Shown here: piece by piece, positions 31,659 to 40,849 of the stretch
Layout: each line of letters starts with the position of its first letter
How positions within the stretch are numbered: position 1 is the stretch's first letter
NCBI GenBank assembly: GCA_947581805.1
Contig: CANPVM010000002.1
Span: 69,599 to 133,598, forward strand
Source of the DNA: an uncultured Clostridia bacterium
GTDB taxonomy: Bacteria; Bacillota; Clostridia; TANB77; CAG-508
Length of the DNA: 64,000 nt
Direction: 5' to 3'
Notes under the pieces: generated by a model
The model's input: the letters and a program-made list of their open reading frames with translations, nothing else
Databases searched by the model: none
Told to the model about the DNA's origin: nothing
Made by a program: the position numbers and the translations under genes

Positions 31659-32540
31659 TTAAGCTTGCTTTTCATCATCTTTATCTTTTATTTCTCTCAA
31701 AGTTTTTTGCTCTATATATTGATAATTCAAAGAATTCTTTTTGCTAATTATGGTTTCTCCTAATTTCTTTTCTAAATCATCTCGCGCAATTTTGGCTACT
31801 TCTCCGCCAGCTTTTGCCACTTTTTTATTTTCTTTTAATCCATAAGGTTTATGTTTTTTGGCAAGTTCTCTTGTAGCTATTTCTCCTAAATCTGTCAATG
31901 CTACTTCTACATCTGACATATTATCTCTTAAAGATTCTTTTCTAATACCTTTGTATGCTTTATATTCTGAAGCTTTCATACCTGACCAAGTTTTATATAT
32001 TTCGTTTGTTAGAACTGCAAATTCGTAATTTTCTTTTATTCCATTTTCTTTCCATACATCTGTTAATTTATTTCTATCTAATATTCCTTTTAGTCTAGCT
32101 TCAATCCATTTATCTGAATAACCACGATTTCTATAATAATCTATTGCTCTTTTTATTGCTATTTCAGGATCAAAAACTTCATCAATTCTTTCTTTTCCTA
32201 AAGATGCAAGCCATAATTTAAAAGGTTCTGCTTTTGAACTTGGAACTGATTCTATTAACCTTAAAATGCCTTGTGTGTCTAAAGTATCAGTCAAATAGCT
32301 TTTTCCATCTTTATTTGATTTTAATTTCAGTTGCACGATTTTTTCGTGCAACTCACTTCCTTCATTAATTAATTTTCGTTTTAAATCACTCCAATAGTTT
32401 CTTGGAATTTTACTATCTGTTAATGCATGAATAACATCAACTACACTGAAAAAGTATTCTTCTTTTTCTGCATTCCAAATGCTTCTTATTTCTTTGCCTT
32501 CAAAAAGATTTGAAATTGTTTCTAATTTATTGATTGCCAT
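31659..32540 (-). CDS. DNA-damage-inducible protein D (DinD)-like Bro-N domain protein.
   Basis: The N-terminal Bro-N-like region and the C-terminal region resemble DinD (..YKGIRKESLRDNMSDVEVALTDLGE..); 293 aa. Confidence 0.55.
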   Translation of the reverse strand: MAINKLETISNLFEGKEIRSIWNAEKEEYFFSVVDVIHALTDSKIPRNYWSDLKRKLINEGSELHEKIVQLKLKSNKDGKSYLTDTLDTQGILRLIESVPSSKAEPFKLWLASLGKERIDEVFDPEIAIKRAIDYYRNRGYSDKWIEARLKGILDRNKLTDVWKENGIKENYEFAVLTNEIYKTWSGMKASEYKAYKGIRKESLRDNMSDVEVALTDLGEIATRELAKKHKPYGLKENKKVAKAGGEVAKIARDDLEKKLGETIISKKNSLNYQYIEQKTLREIKDKDDEKQA

Positions 32541-32669
32541 ATAATAATACCTCTTTCTTAATATTTTTTAACATTATACAATAGGTTTTATTATTTGTCA
32601 AACATTTGTTTTATATTAATATTAATTTTGCTTGCATAATTGATAAATGGTATTTTCGTACTATACTAT

Positions 32670-33221
32670 TTATAAGTAGCTTACAATATCTTCAAAAGTA
32701 TCATATCCACTTTCACTATTGATATGTCCTGCATTTTGAACTAAAATTTGCTTTGTTGCAATAGTATCTGCAAAATCCTTTTCTACTTCATATTTTACAT
32801 ATGGATCATTATCTGAATAAAAACAGATAATATCATTTGCATATTGTTTTACATCTTCCAAGTTATCAAAATACATTGTTCTATTAACATTATCATATTC
32901 TTCATTTATTCCTAGATAATTATTAAATCCACATACAAATATTAATTTTTTAACTTTTACTTTATTTTCAGTTAGAAATTTTGATATAAATATCGGTGCA
33001 ATACTATGAGCAATAATAGTAGTATTTTCATTGATTAAACCTAAATCTAGATAGTTTTTTAGTAATTTACTCCAATTTTCATAATTTTGATAACCTACTC
33101 CTATTGGGAAATGTGGCACATATACTTGTTTCCCTTCATCTTCTATAAAATCATGTAACCAACTAAACCAATTTTCAAATGGACTTCCAAAACTTCCATG
33201 TATTATAAAATAATTTTCCAT
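32670..33221 (-). CDS. Alpha/beta-fold serine hydrolase (YdeN/RBBP9-like).
   Basis: 'IIHGSFGSP', 'AHSIA' (GxSxG-like) and a His near the C-terminus; 183 aa. Confidence 0.5.
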   Translation of the reverse strand: MENYFIIHGSFGSPFENWFSWLHDFIEDEGKQVYVPHFPIGVGYQNYENWSKLLKNYLDLGLINENTTIIAHSIAPIFISKFLTENKVKVKKLIFVCGFNNYLGINEEYDNVNRTMYFDNLEDVKQYANDIICFYSDNDPYVKYEVEKDFADTIATKQILVQNAGHINSESGYDTFEDIVSYL

Positions 33222-33271
33222 TTATATTTACCTCCTAAAAAAATTATTTAATCTTTTAAAATAGTTAGATA

Positions 33272-33895
33272 TTATTTTTCAATTTCATTTTTATATTCAC
33301 TTCTATATTGTTCATATTTAGCTTTTGCCCTTGGCAGTCCTGCATCAACTGCCATTTTTAAATAATATTCTGATAGCCTTAAATTTCTCTCTGTTCCAAC
33401 TCCATTATAATAAAAATTTGCTCCTAAATCATATATTGCAGGAAGATGTCCTTGCATCGCACAATCATGTATTAAATCAAATGCTTTATTCTTATCTATT
33501 TCAACTTCACCAAAACCAAAATAGTAATATGCTCCTAGGCAAAACTTTGAAAATGCTTGTTTTCTTAAATTTTGTTTTTCCTCTTCTATAAGTTTTAATA
33601 ATGATTTGTATGCTTGAATATGTATCTGTTTTGCTTTTTCTTTATCTTGTTCAACTCCATCTCCAAAATAATAACAAGCACCTACTCCATATGCAGAGCG
33701 AGGATCTCCTAACTCTTTTCCTCTTTCATACCAGTACATTGCTTTTTCAAAGTTTTGCTCTGCTCCGTTTTCTTCACTATCATAACTTCTACCTAAAATA
33801 TAACATGCTAGTTTATCTCCTTCTCTAGCTTTAATTTCTAATTCACTTAAATCAAATATCATCGGTTTTATAATATTACTCATTTTTAGTTTCAC
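33272..33895 (-). CDS. Sel1-repeat (TPR-like) protein.
   Basis: Repeated A/GxxYxxG motifs such as 'GVGACYYFGDGVEQDKEKA'. Confidence 0.65.
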   Translation of the reverse strand: MKLKMSNIIKPMIFDLSELEIKAREGDKLACYILGRSYDSEENGAEQNFEKAMYWYERGKELGDPRSAYGVGACYYFGDGVEQDKEKAKQIHIQAYKSLLKLIEEEKQNLRKQAFSKFCLGAYYYFGFGEVEIDKNKAFDLIHDCAMQGHLPAIYDLGANFYYNGVGTERNLRLSEYYLKMAVDAGLPRAKAKYEQYRSEYKNEIEK

Positions 33896-34511
33896 CTAAT
33901 TTCTTTAATAAAATATATCTTTTTATATTTTCATCTTTTTGATACCATGTCTGTTCTTCATATCCTAAATCTTTTAAATTTCTTAAACTATAAACATTTC
34001 CAAACGTTACTTCTGCAATAATATTATTTATACCTTTTTCTCTAGCCCTTTCTTCAAGATATTTTATTAATGTTTTTTGTAACCCATATCCTCTATATTC
34101 TGGTAATACAATAACTCCGTCTATATCAGCACATTTTCCTTTTAAATTTGGAATCTTTTGTTTTAATTCTTTCATTCTATTAGAAACTGAAAGAAAAATC
34201 CAAGCAACCATTTTATTATCTATAAAGGCGCCATATATTTCACCATCTTTTATAGGGTTATTCAATATTCTTAAATATATTTCCTTTGTAAAAGGTAAAA
34301 AATAGCCTTTTTCATCTTCTTTAAAATTATCTATTACAATATTTTCAATATTACATATTTCATCAACATCTTTTTCAGTACATTTTCTTATTTTTATATT
34401 ATTAACATCTGCTTGATTTTTTTGGACTTTTTCAGTTGACTCATTATTTTTATCAAATATATCTATATATTCCATAATATTACTCCTCAATTTTGTTAGT
34501 TTTTTTAACAA
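33876..34511 (-). CDS. GNAT-family N-acetyltransferase.
   Basis: Motif A 'VLPEYRGYGLQKTLIKYLEERAREKGI'. Confidence 0.7.
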   Translation of the reverse strand: MLKKLTKLRSNIMEYIDIFDKNNESTEKVQKNQADVNNIKIRKCTEKDVDEICNIENIVIDNFKEDEKGYFLPFTKEIYLRILNNPIKDGEIYGAFIDNKMVAWIFLSVSNRMKELKQKIPNLKGKCADIDGVIVLPEYRGYGLQKTLIKYLEERAREKGINNIIAEVTFGNVYSLRNLKDLGYEEQTWYQKDENIKRYILLKKLGETKNE

Positions 34512-34585
34512 TATTTAAATCAATATAATTATTATATTTTATATCACAAATTTTATTAATAACTGCTTTATTTTGTAAAATATTA

Positions 34586-35950
34586 TTATGTCAATTCTTT
34601 CAAAGATAGCACTGCAACGCACTCCACATGGCTCGTAAATGGAAACATATCTACCGGTTGTATTTCATTTACTTCATATTTTTCTTCTAATAATTTCATG
34701 TCTCTTACCATAGTCGCTGGATTGCAACTAATGTAAACTACTTTTTTAGGTTCTACTGCTAAAATATTGTTAATTGTGGTATTGTCTAATCCTTTTCGTG
34801 GTGGGTCTACCATAACAACATCTGGATAAACTTGTTTCTTTTCTATCAAATTCGTTAAAACTTTTTCAACATCTCCTGCTATAAATTCAATATTTTCTAT
34901 TTGGTTAATTCTTGCATTTTCTTTGGCATCATAGATAGCTTGTTCTACAATTTCCACTCCATAAACTTTTTTCACATAAGAAGAAGCAAAAATTCCAATG
35001 GTGCCTATACCGCAATATAAGTCAAATAAAATATCCTCTTTGCTTAAATTTGCCATTTCAATTGCTATATTATATAGAACTTCGGCTTGCACAGGGTTTA
35101 CTTGGTAAAAAGACATAGGAGAAATTTTAAAGGTATAATCTCCTAAAATATCGTAAATATATCCATCTCCGTGAAGCACTATATTTTCTTCTCCTAAAAT
35201 AACATTGGTATTTTTTGTGTTGATATTTTTTACAACCGTCTTTACATTATAACGTTTTACTAGCATTTCTACTAATTCTTGCTCATATGGAATTTTATTT
35301 CCATTGACAACTAAAATACACATAATTTCATGCGTGCGAATTCCTACTTTTATTACAATATGACGAAGCAATCCCTCTCTTGTTTCTTCATTATAAACAG
35401 AAATATCTTTTTCTATGATAAATTTTTGAATAGCAAATGCTATTTCTTGTGACATGGTATTTTGAAGGAAACAATCTTGCATTGGAATAATTTCATGAGT
35501 TCTTTTTGCAAATACACCAACTACTTTTTCGTTTTGTTTATTTATTCCTACTGGAAATTGTGCTTTGTTACGATAATGATAAGGATTTCCCATTCCAATA
35601 GTTGGCTTTACCTTCACATTTTTATTTAAAGTTTTGCTTACTAAATTTTGCACCATATTTTGCTTAATGTTTAGTGTTTCTTCATAGTCGATATGGCGAA
35701 GACTACAACCTCCACATCTTTGATAAGTAGCACAATCACTTTCTATGCGATAAGGAGATTGTTCTATAATTTCTAGCAGTTTTCCATAAGCATAAGAAGA
35801 TAACACTTTTACAATTAGAATTTTTACTTTTTCACCTTTCATGGCATTTGGAATAAAAACAGTAAAATTTTCTATTTTTGCAATGCCTTCTCCTTCCATT
35901 CCATAATCGATAATATTTACAATATATTCCTCATTTTTCTTAATTTCCAT
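34586..35950 (-). CDS. rlmD: 23S rRNA (uracil-C5)-methyltransferase of the RlmD/RumA type.
   Basis: Has an N-terminal TRAM domain, an Fe-S Cys cluster (CGGCSLRH) and the SAM-binding MTase motifs DLYCGIGTIG and the PPR region. Confidence 0.85.
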   Translation of the reverse strand: MEIKKNEEYIVNIIDYGMEGEGIAKIENFTVFIPNAMKGEKVKILIVKVLSSYAYGKLLEIIEQSPYRIESDCATYQRCGGCSLRHIDYEETLNIKQNMVQNLVSKTLNKNVKVKPTIGMGNPYHYRNKAQFPVGINKQNEKVVGVFAKRTHEIIPMQDCFLQNTMSQEIAFAIQKFIIEKDISVYNEETREGLLRHIVIKVGIRTHEIMCILVVNGNKIPYEQELVEMLVKRYNVKTVVKNINTKNTNVILGEENIVLHGDGYIYDILGDYTFKISPMSFYQVNPVQAEVLYNIAIEMANLSKEDILFDLYCGIGTIGIFASSYVKKVYGVEIVEQAIYDAKENARINQIENIEFIAGDVEKVLTNLIEKKQVYPDVVMVDPPRKGLDNTTINNILAVEPKKVVYISCNPATMVRDMKLLEEKYEVNEIQPVDMFPFTSHVECVAVLSLKELT

Positions 35951-36009
35951 ATTAAAATCCTTTCAAAATAATAAAAGCAAGGTAATACCTTGCTTTTATT
36001 ATATACAAC

Positions 36010-36396
36010 CTATTCTGTTTTTTCAATATTTTTTTCACTCTTCTTTGCAATTCCTAATCTGTAACATCCTACAATTGCAAATATAAAAAATGAAATGCAG
36101 AAAATAGTAATAAGCATAGACTTTGTTTCTTTATTTTGATATATCATTAAGAAACTGGTCATTGCAACGCCGCCAGAACTTGTACATATTGCATCTAAAA
36201 TATTGTCTTTTACATTTTCTTTGAGAATAGCATTCCAAACTGCTTCAATTACCACCATAAATATAACCCAATACATAAGTATGGTTATGACGACAATTGG
36301 AAAGCTTAAAGAAATTTTAGTTTTAATCCATACTTCTAAAAGTATTGCCAATACTAATCCAACAATTGTGCAACATAAGCTTTTCCGGTTTACCAT
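36010..36396 (-). CDS. Hypothetical membrane protein (128 aa, four TM helices).
   Basis: Called on hydrophobicity profile only. Confidence 0.35.
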   Translation of the reverse strand: MVNRKSLCCTIVGLVLAILLEVWIKTKISLSFPIVVITILMYWVIFMVVIEAVWNAILKENVKDNILDAICTSSGGVAMTSFLMIYQNKETKSMLITIFCISFFIFAIVGCYRLGIAKKSEKNIEKTE

Positions 36397-36502
36397 ATTT
36401 TTTCCTCCTACAAATTATTGTTTTGAGTGGTTAATACAAAAACTTACTTTTTTATTATACGCTTTTTGTTGATTTATATCAATCTTTTTATATACTATTA
36501 TT

Positions 36503-36548
36503 AGTAATATAAACAAATGAAGCCACAAAATATTGTGACTTCATTTGT
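36503..36548 (-). terminator. Rho-independent terminator of the SCIFF gene.
   Basis: On the minus strand: CAAATGAAGTCACAA-TATTTT-GTGGCTTCATTTG followed by TTTATATT. Confidence 0.55.
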
Positions 36549-36568
36549 TGTTTTAGAACAAAAATGTG

Positions 36569-36712
36569 TTACTGCTTCTTTTCACAGGTCTGATTGCCTA
36601 CTGTGCAAGAAGTTTTACATGCAGATTGGCAAGATGTTTGACACTCGCCACAGCCACCTTTTTTCATAGATTCTTTCCAATCTCTGGTAGCTAACGTCTT
36701 TACATGTTTCAC
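36569..36712 (-). CDS. scfA: SCIFF ('six cysteines in forty-five residues') ranthipeptide precursor, 47 aa.
   Basis: Translation: MKHVKTLATRDWKESMKKGGCGECQTSCQSACKTSCTVGNQTCEKKQ. A GTG start with GGAGG 7 nt upstream. The ORF is under 60 aa so it is absent from the ORF track. It matches the conserved GGCGECQTSCQSACKTSCTVGNQ core. Confidence 0.85.
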   Translation of the reverse strand: MKHVKTLATRDWKESMKKGGCGECQTSCQSACKTSCTVGNQTCEKKQ

Positions 36713-36817
36713 TTTCTGTTCCCTCCTTTCTTAAGGTAAAACAACAGTATGATTTGGTTACTCTTTTATTATAATTGAATTTTAAGAATTAGTAAATATA
36801 AAAATTAAAAAACACCA

Positions 36818-37648
36818 TTATATATTGGTGTTTCTTGTTATTTCTCTCTCTTTATTTAATAATGCTTTCATTCTTGATTTTGCATCTATTTTACTTTTAT
36901 GCTCAAAAGTTTTAAAACGATTTGGATTAGTATCATAAACTAATTCTATATTAGGCAAATATTTTTTCTTGGTAAATGCTTTTTTATTAAAAATAGAAAG
37001 CAATTTATTTTTCATTTTATCAAAAATTGTTTCTTCTATTTTTAATAATGCTGTTACTTTCCTTTCTGAAAATACTTTTAAACTGTTTTCGTCAGATACT
37101 ACATAATATTCATCATATTGTTCCATTTGCACTGTTTTGCCTTCTTCTAGTTTTTCACAAATAGCTTGAATCATATCAACACGACTAAATTTTCTAGGTT
37201 CATATTTAATTACTTTTTCAGGATTTACATCATTTACACCAAATAAACATACAAATTTGCCATCATATATACAAATTTTATCCATATAATTTTCTTGCTC
37301 TTCTAAGTGAGTACCTACATCTGCAATTTCTAGTTTCTCTATTTCGAAATTTTCAACTTCAGCTAAACATGGACATACTACTTCTAATAATACTTTTGAT
37401 TTTATTTTATCAAATTTAGCATCATTAAAAAGCCTATCTTCTAAAGAATTTTCGACATATTTTAAATAATTATTATCTACTTCTTCTTTAGATACAGCTT
37501 CTTTAACATCTGTATGTAAACTAATAGCATCTGACATTTTCTTAATTTTTTCCAAAATACTGTCAAATTCTTCTTTTCTGGTCTTTGTTACTTTTTCAAT
37601 TTCATTTGTTTCTGTTATTTTCTTCTCTTCTTCGTTCATTTTTTTCAC
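36818..37648 (-). CDS. Hypothetical acidic protein (276 aa).
   Basis: An ORF with no recognisable radical-SAM or other signature motif. Confidence 0.4.
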   Translation of the reverse strand: MKKMNEEEKKITETNEIEKVTKTRKEEFDSILEKIKKMSDAISLHTDVKEAVSKEEVDNNYLKYVENSLEDRLFNDAKFDKIKSKVLLEVVCPCLAEVENFEIEKLEIADVGTHLEEQENYMDKICIYDGKFVCLFGVNDVNPEKVIKYEPRKFSRVDMIQAICEKLEEGKTVQMEQYDEYYVVSDENSLKVFSERKVTALLKIEETIFDKMKNKLLSIFNKKAFTKKKYLPNIELVYDTNPNRFKTFEHKSKIDAKSRMKALLNKEREITRNTNI

Positions 37649-37763
37649 CTTTATTTTTTAAATGCTTTTATATTATAGCATTAAATAAAAAAAAGTGTGT
37701 TACTGTTTCTTTACTTTTGTATTACAATTTTATGACACTATATAAGGCTCTTTCATTATCAAT

Positions 37764-37827
37764 AAAAAAAGAAGGGGTGTCCCCAACGTTCCATTTTGGA
37801 ACGAAAAGGGGCGTCCCTTCTGTTCAA
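37764..37827. repeat. Copy 3 of the roughly 58-nt GC-rich structured repeat, abutting the ppdK stop codon.
   Basis: AAAAAAGAAGGGGTGTCCCCAACGTTCCATTTTGGAACGAAAAGGGGCGTCCCTTCTGTTC; differs from copy 1 at only a few positions. Confidence 0.7.
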
Positions 37828-40455
37828 TTATTTTCTAGGATTTTTGATAGCAGCTTGTGCAGCAGCTAGTCTTGCGATTGGAACTCTAAATGGTGAGCAA
37901 GATACATAGTCTAATCCTACATTATGGCAGAATTCTACTGATGCTGGGTTTCCTCCATGCTCTCCACAGATTCCTAAGTCTAGGTCTGGTCTTGTTTGTC
38001 TTCCTAGTTTTGCAGCCATTTCTACTAATTTTCCAACACCGTTTTGGTCAAGTTTAGCAAATGGATCTGATTCATAAATTTTCTTGTCGTAGTAATCTCC
38101 TAAGAATTTAGCAGCGTCATCACGGCTGAAACCGAATGTCATTTGAGTTAAGTCGTTTGTACCAAATGAGAAGAATTCAGCTTCTTTAGCGATTTCATCA
38201 GCTGTTAAAGCAGCTCTTGGTATTTCTATCATTGTTCCTACTTTATATTTTAAATCTACTCCTGCTTCTTTAATAACTGCATCTGCAGTCTTTACTACGA
38301 TGTCTTTTACATATTTTAATTCTTTTACTTCTCCAACAAGTGGAATCATAATTTCTGGAACTACATTCATTCCTTCTTTGTTTACGTTGATAGCAGCTTG
38401 GATTACAGCTTTTGTTTGCATTTCTGCAATTTCTGGATAAGTAACTGCTAAACGGCATCCACGATGTCCCATCATTGGGTTGAATTCTTTTAATCCTTCA
38501 CAGATATTCTTCAATTCTTCAAAAGAAAGTCCCATTTCTTTTGCTAAATCTCTAATTGCTTCATCTTCGTGTGGTACGAATTCATGTAGAGGTGGATCTA
38601 AGAAACGGATTGTTACTGGGTAACCTTTCATTTCTCTATATAGTCCTTCAAAGTCTCCTCTTTGCATTGGAAGAATTTTTTCTAATGCTTTTGCTCTTTG
38701 TTCTGGTGTTCTTGAAACAATCATTTCACGGATAGCAGCAATTCTATCTGGTGCAAAGAACATATGCTCTGTACGGCATAGTCCAATACCTTGTGCACCA
38801 AAGTTGTATGCTTGTTTTGCATCTCTTGGTGTATCTGCATTTGTTTTTACTTTTAATTGTCTATATTGGTCAGCCCATCCCATTAATGTAGCAAAGTTTC
38901 CAGATACAGTTGCGTCAACTGTTTCAATTTTTTCTCCATATACATTACCTGTAGAACCATCAAGAGAAATCCATTCTCCTTCTGTTACTTTTCTACCATC
39001 TGGAAGTATGAAGAATTTTTCTTCTTCATTAACAGTAATTTCACCACAACCTGCCACACAGCATGTTCCCATACCACGTGCAACAACGGCTGCGTGTGAT
39101 GTCATACCACCACGTACTGTAAGTACACCATGGCATACGTTCATTCCATCAATATCTTCTGGAGATGTTTCAAGTCTTACTAAGATTAAATCTTTTTCTC
39201 CTGCTTTGTGTAGTTCAACAGCTCTTTCTGCTGTGAATACTACTTTACCTGTTGCAGCTCCTGGAGATGCAGCTAAACCTTTTGCTACTACTTTTGCAGC
39301 TTTTAAAGCAGCTTGGTCAAAGTTTGGATGTAATAATTGATCTAATTGTTGTGGTTCAACTCTTAATACTGCTTCTTTTTCTGTAATCATGCCTTCGTTT
39401 ACTAAATCAACTGCAATTTGTAATGCAGCATTTGCTGTTCTTTTACCATTTCTTGTTTGAAGGAAGAATAATTTTCCTCTTTCAATAGTGAATTCCATAT
39501 CTTGCATATCTCTGTAATGTTTTTCAAGTTTTTCTGCATACATTACAAAGTCTTCATATGCTTTTGGATTTGTATCTTTTAATTGGTCGATATGTTGTGG
39601 TGTTCTAACACCGGCAACAACGTCTTCACCTTGTGCATTCATTAAGTATTCACCAAATAATTTGTTTTCACCTGTTGCTGGGTTACGAGTGAAAGCAACA
39701 CCTGTACCACAATCGTCTCCCATGTTTCCGAATACCATTTCTTGTACGTTAACAGCAGTTCCCCAACTTCCTGGGATATCGTTTAATCTTCTATAAGTAA
39801 TAGCTCTTGCATTGTTCCAAGAACGGAATACGGCTTTTACACCTTCCATTAATTGTACTCTTGGATCAGATGGGAATTCTTCTCCTTTTGCATTTCTATA
39901 TACTTCTTTAAAACGAACTACTAATTCTTTTAAATCTTCTGCTGTTAGTTCTGTATCTAATTTAACACCTTTTGCTTCTTTTACTTCATCAATAATTTTT
40001 TCAAAGAAAGGCTTTGGTATTTCCATAACAACATCGCTAAACATTTGAATAAATCTTCTGTAGCTATCATAAGCAAATCTTTCATTTTTTGCTGCCATTG
40101 ATTTTACTACATCTTCATTTAAACCTAAGTTTAAAACTGTATCCATCATACCTGGCATAGAAGCTCTAGCTCCTGAACGTACAGATACAAGTAATGGATT
40201 TTCGATGTCTCCAAATTTCTTTCCTGTCATTTCTTCTAATTTTGCTAAACTTGCAAAGATTTCTTCTTCAATTTCTGGTGCAATTTTTTCACCATCTTCA
40301 TAATATCTTGTACAAGCTTCTGTTGTAACTGTGAAACCTTGTGGAATTGGTAAACCTAAATTTGTCATTTCTGCAAGGTTTGCTCCTTTTCCTCCTAAAA
40401 GTTCACGCATGTTTGCATTTCCTTCACTAAAAAGGTATACATACTTTTGACTCAT
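37828..40455 (-). CDS. ppdK: Pyruvate, phosphate dikinase.
   Basis: The PEP-utilizing enzyme motifs are present (GGMTSHAAVVARGMG). The true start is MSQKYVYLFSEGN, with GGAGG 7 nt upstream. The 66-aa N-terminal extension in the ORF track is an artefact. Confidence 0.95.
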   Translation of the reverse strand: MSQKYVYLFSEGNANMRELLGGKGANLAEMTNLGLPIPQGFTVTTEACTRYYEDGEKIAPEIEEEIFASLAKLEEMTGKKFGDIENPLLVSVRSGARASMPGMMDTVLNLGLNEDVVKSMAAKNERFAYDSYRRFIQMFSDVVMEIPKPFFEKIIDEVKEAKGVKLDTELTAEDLKELVVRFKEVYRNAKGEEFPSDPRVQLMEGVKAVFRSWNNARAITYRRLNDIPGSWGTAVNVQEMVFGNMGDDCGTGVAFTRNPATGENKLFGEYLMNAQGEDVVAGVRTPQHIDQLKDTNPKAYEDFVMYAEKLEKHYRDMQDMEFTIERGKLFFLQTRNGKRTANAALQIAVDLVNEGMITEKEAVLRVEPQQLDQLLHPNFDQAALKAAKVVAKGLAASPGAATGKVVFTAERAVELHKAGEKDLILVRLETSPEDIDGMNVCHGVLTVRGGMTSHAAVVARGMGTCCVAGCGEITVNEEEKFFILPDGRKVTEGEWISLDGSTGNVYGEKIETVDATVSGNFATLMGWADQYRQLKVKTNADTPRDAKQAYNFGAQGIGLCRTEHMFFAPDRIAAIREMIVSRTPEQRAKALEKILPMQRGDFEGLYREMKGYPVTIRFLDPPLHEFVPHEDEAIRDLAKEMGLSFEELKNICEGLKEFNPMMGHRGCRLAVTYPEIAEMQTKAVIQAAINVNKEGMNVVPEIMIPLVGEVKELKYVKDIVVKTADAVIKEAGVDLKYKVGTMIEIPRAALTADEIAKEAEFFSFGTNDLTQMTFGFSRDDAAKFLGDYYDKKIYESDPFAKLDQNGVGKLVEMAAKLGRQTRPDLDLGICGEHGGNPASVEFCHNVGLDYVSCSPFRVPIARLAAAQAAIKNPRK

Positions 40456-40616
40456 AAAAAAACCTCCTTGTTTTTTCTTGTTTTTTGTCTTAACTATATC
40501 TATATTGTTAAAACTTACAAAAATAAAGTCTTGTCCTAGCATATTTTTCCAGAACGTAATTATTATATCCATATTTTGCCTAATTGTAAAGAGATTTTGA
40601 GAATTTTTTTTATTTT

Positions 40617-40700
40617 TTAATGTCTCTTTTTGGACGTTTCCGAAAAAAAACATTCATGATAATGTCTCTTGAGGAAACGTCCTCAAAAGAGACATTATCA
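40617..40700 (-). promoter_or_regulatory. Structured ppdK leader with mutually exclusive hairpins: a candidate attenuator or operator.
   Basis: Segment A (AATGTCTCTTTTTGGACGTTTCC) and segment C (CATGATAATGTCTCTTGAGGA) can each pair with B/B' (GGAAACGTCCTCAAAAGAGACATTATCATG). A T8/A8 run lies between them. Confidence 0.4.
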
Positions 40701-40750
40701 TGGCAAGATTTAAGACGTGTTTAAATTTTTAGCCTAAAATCAAAAAATAT

Positions 40751-40778
40751 TTACATAATTAATATGTTATGCTATAAT
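40751..40778 (+). promoter_or_regulatory. Sigma-A-type promoter for the first MraZ/AbrB-like paralogue.
   Basis: TTACAT-N16-TATAAT with a TGn extended -10. Confidence 0.5.
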
Positions 40779-40849
40779 ATTGTGTATAGGATTTATTTCC
40801 TGTTATAGAAACTTAAATAAAATAATTTTTATTAAGGAGGTCAAATTTT

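Noticed and set aside
33325-33828. Plus-strand ORFs of 88 and 75 aa inside the Sel1-repeat gene.
   Set aside because: They are antisense to a repeat protein with clear Sel1 motifs and consist of low-complexity Leu/His-rich translation.
40456-40653. 66-aa N-terminal extension of the ppdK ORF in the six-frame track.
   Set aside because: The conserved PPDK N-terminus MSQKYVYLFSEGN starts at 40455 with a GGAGG RBS. The extension has no homology and spans the leader.
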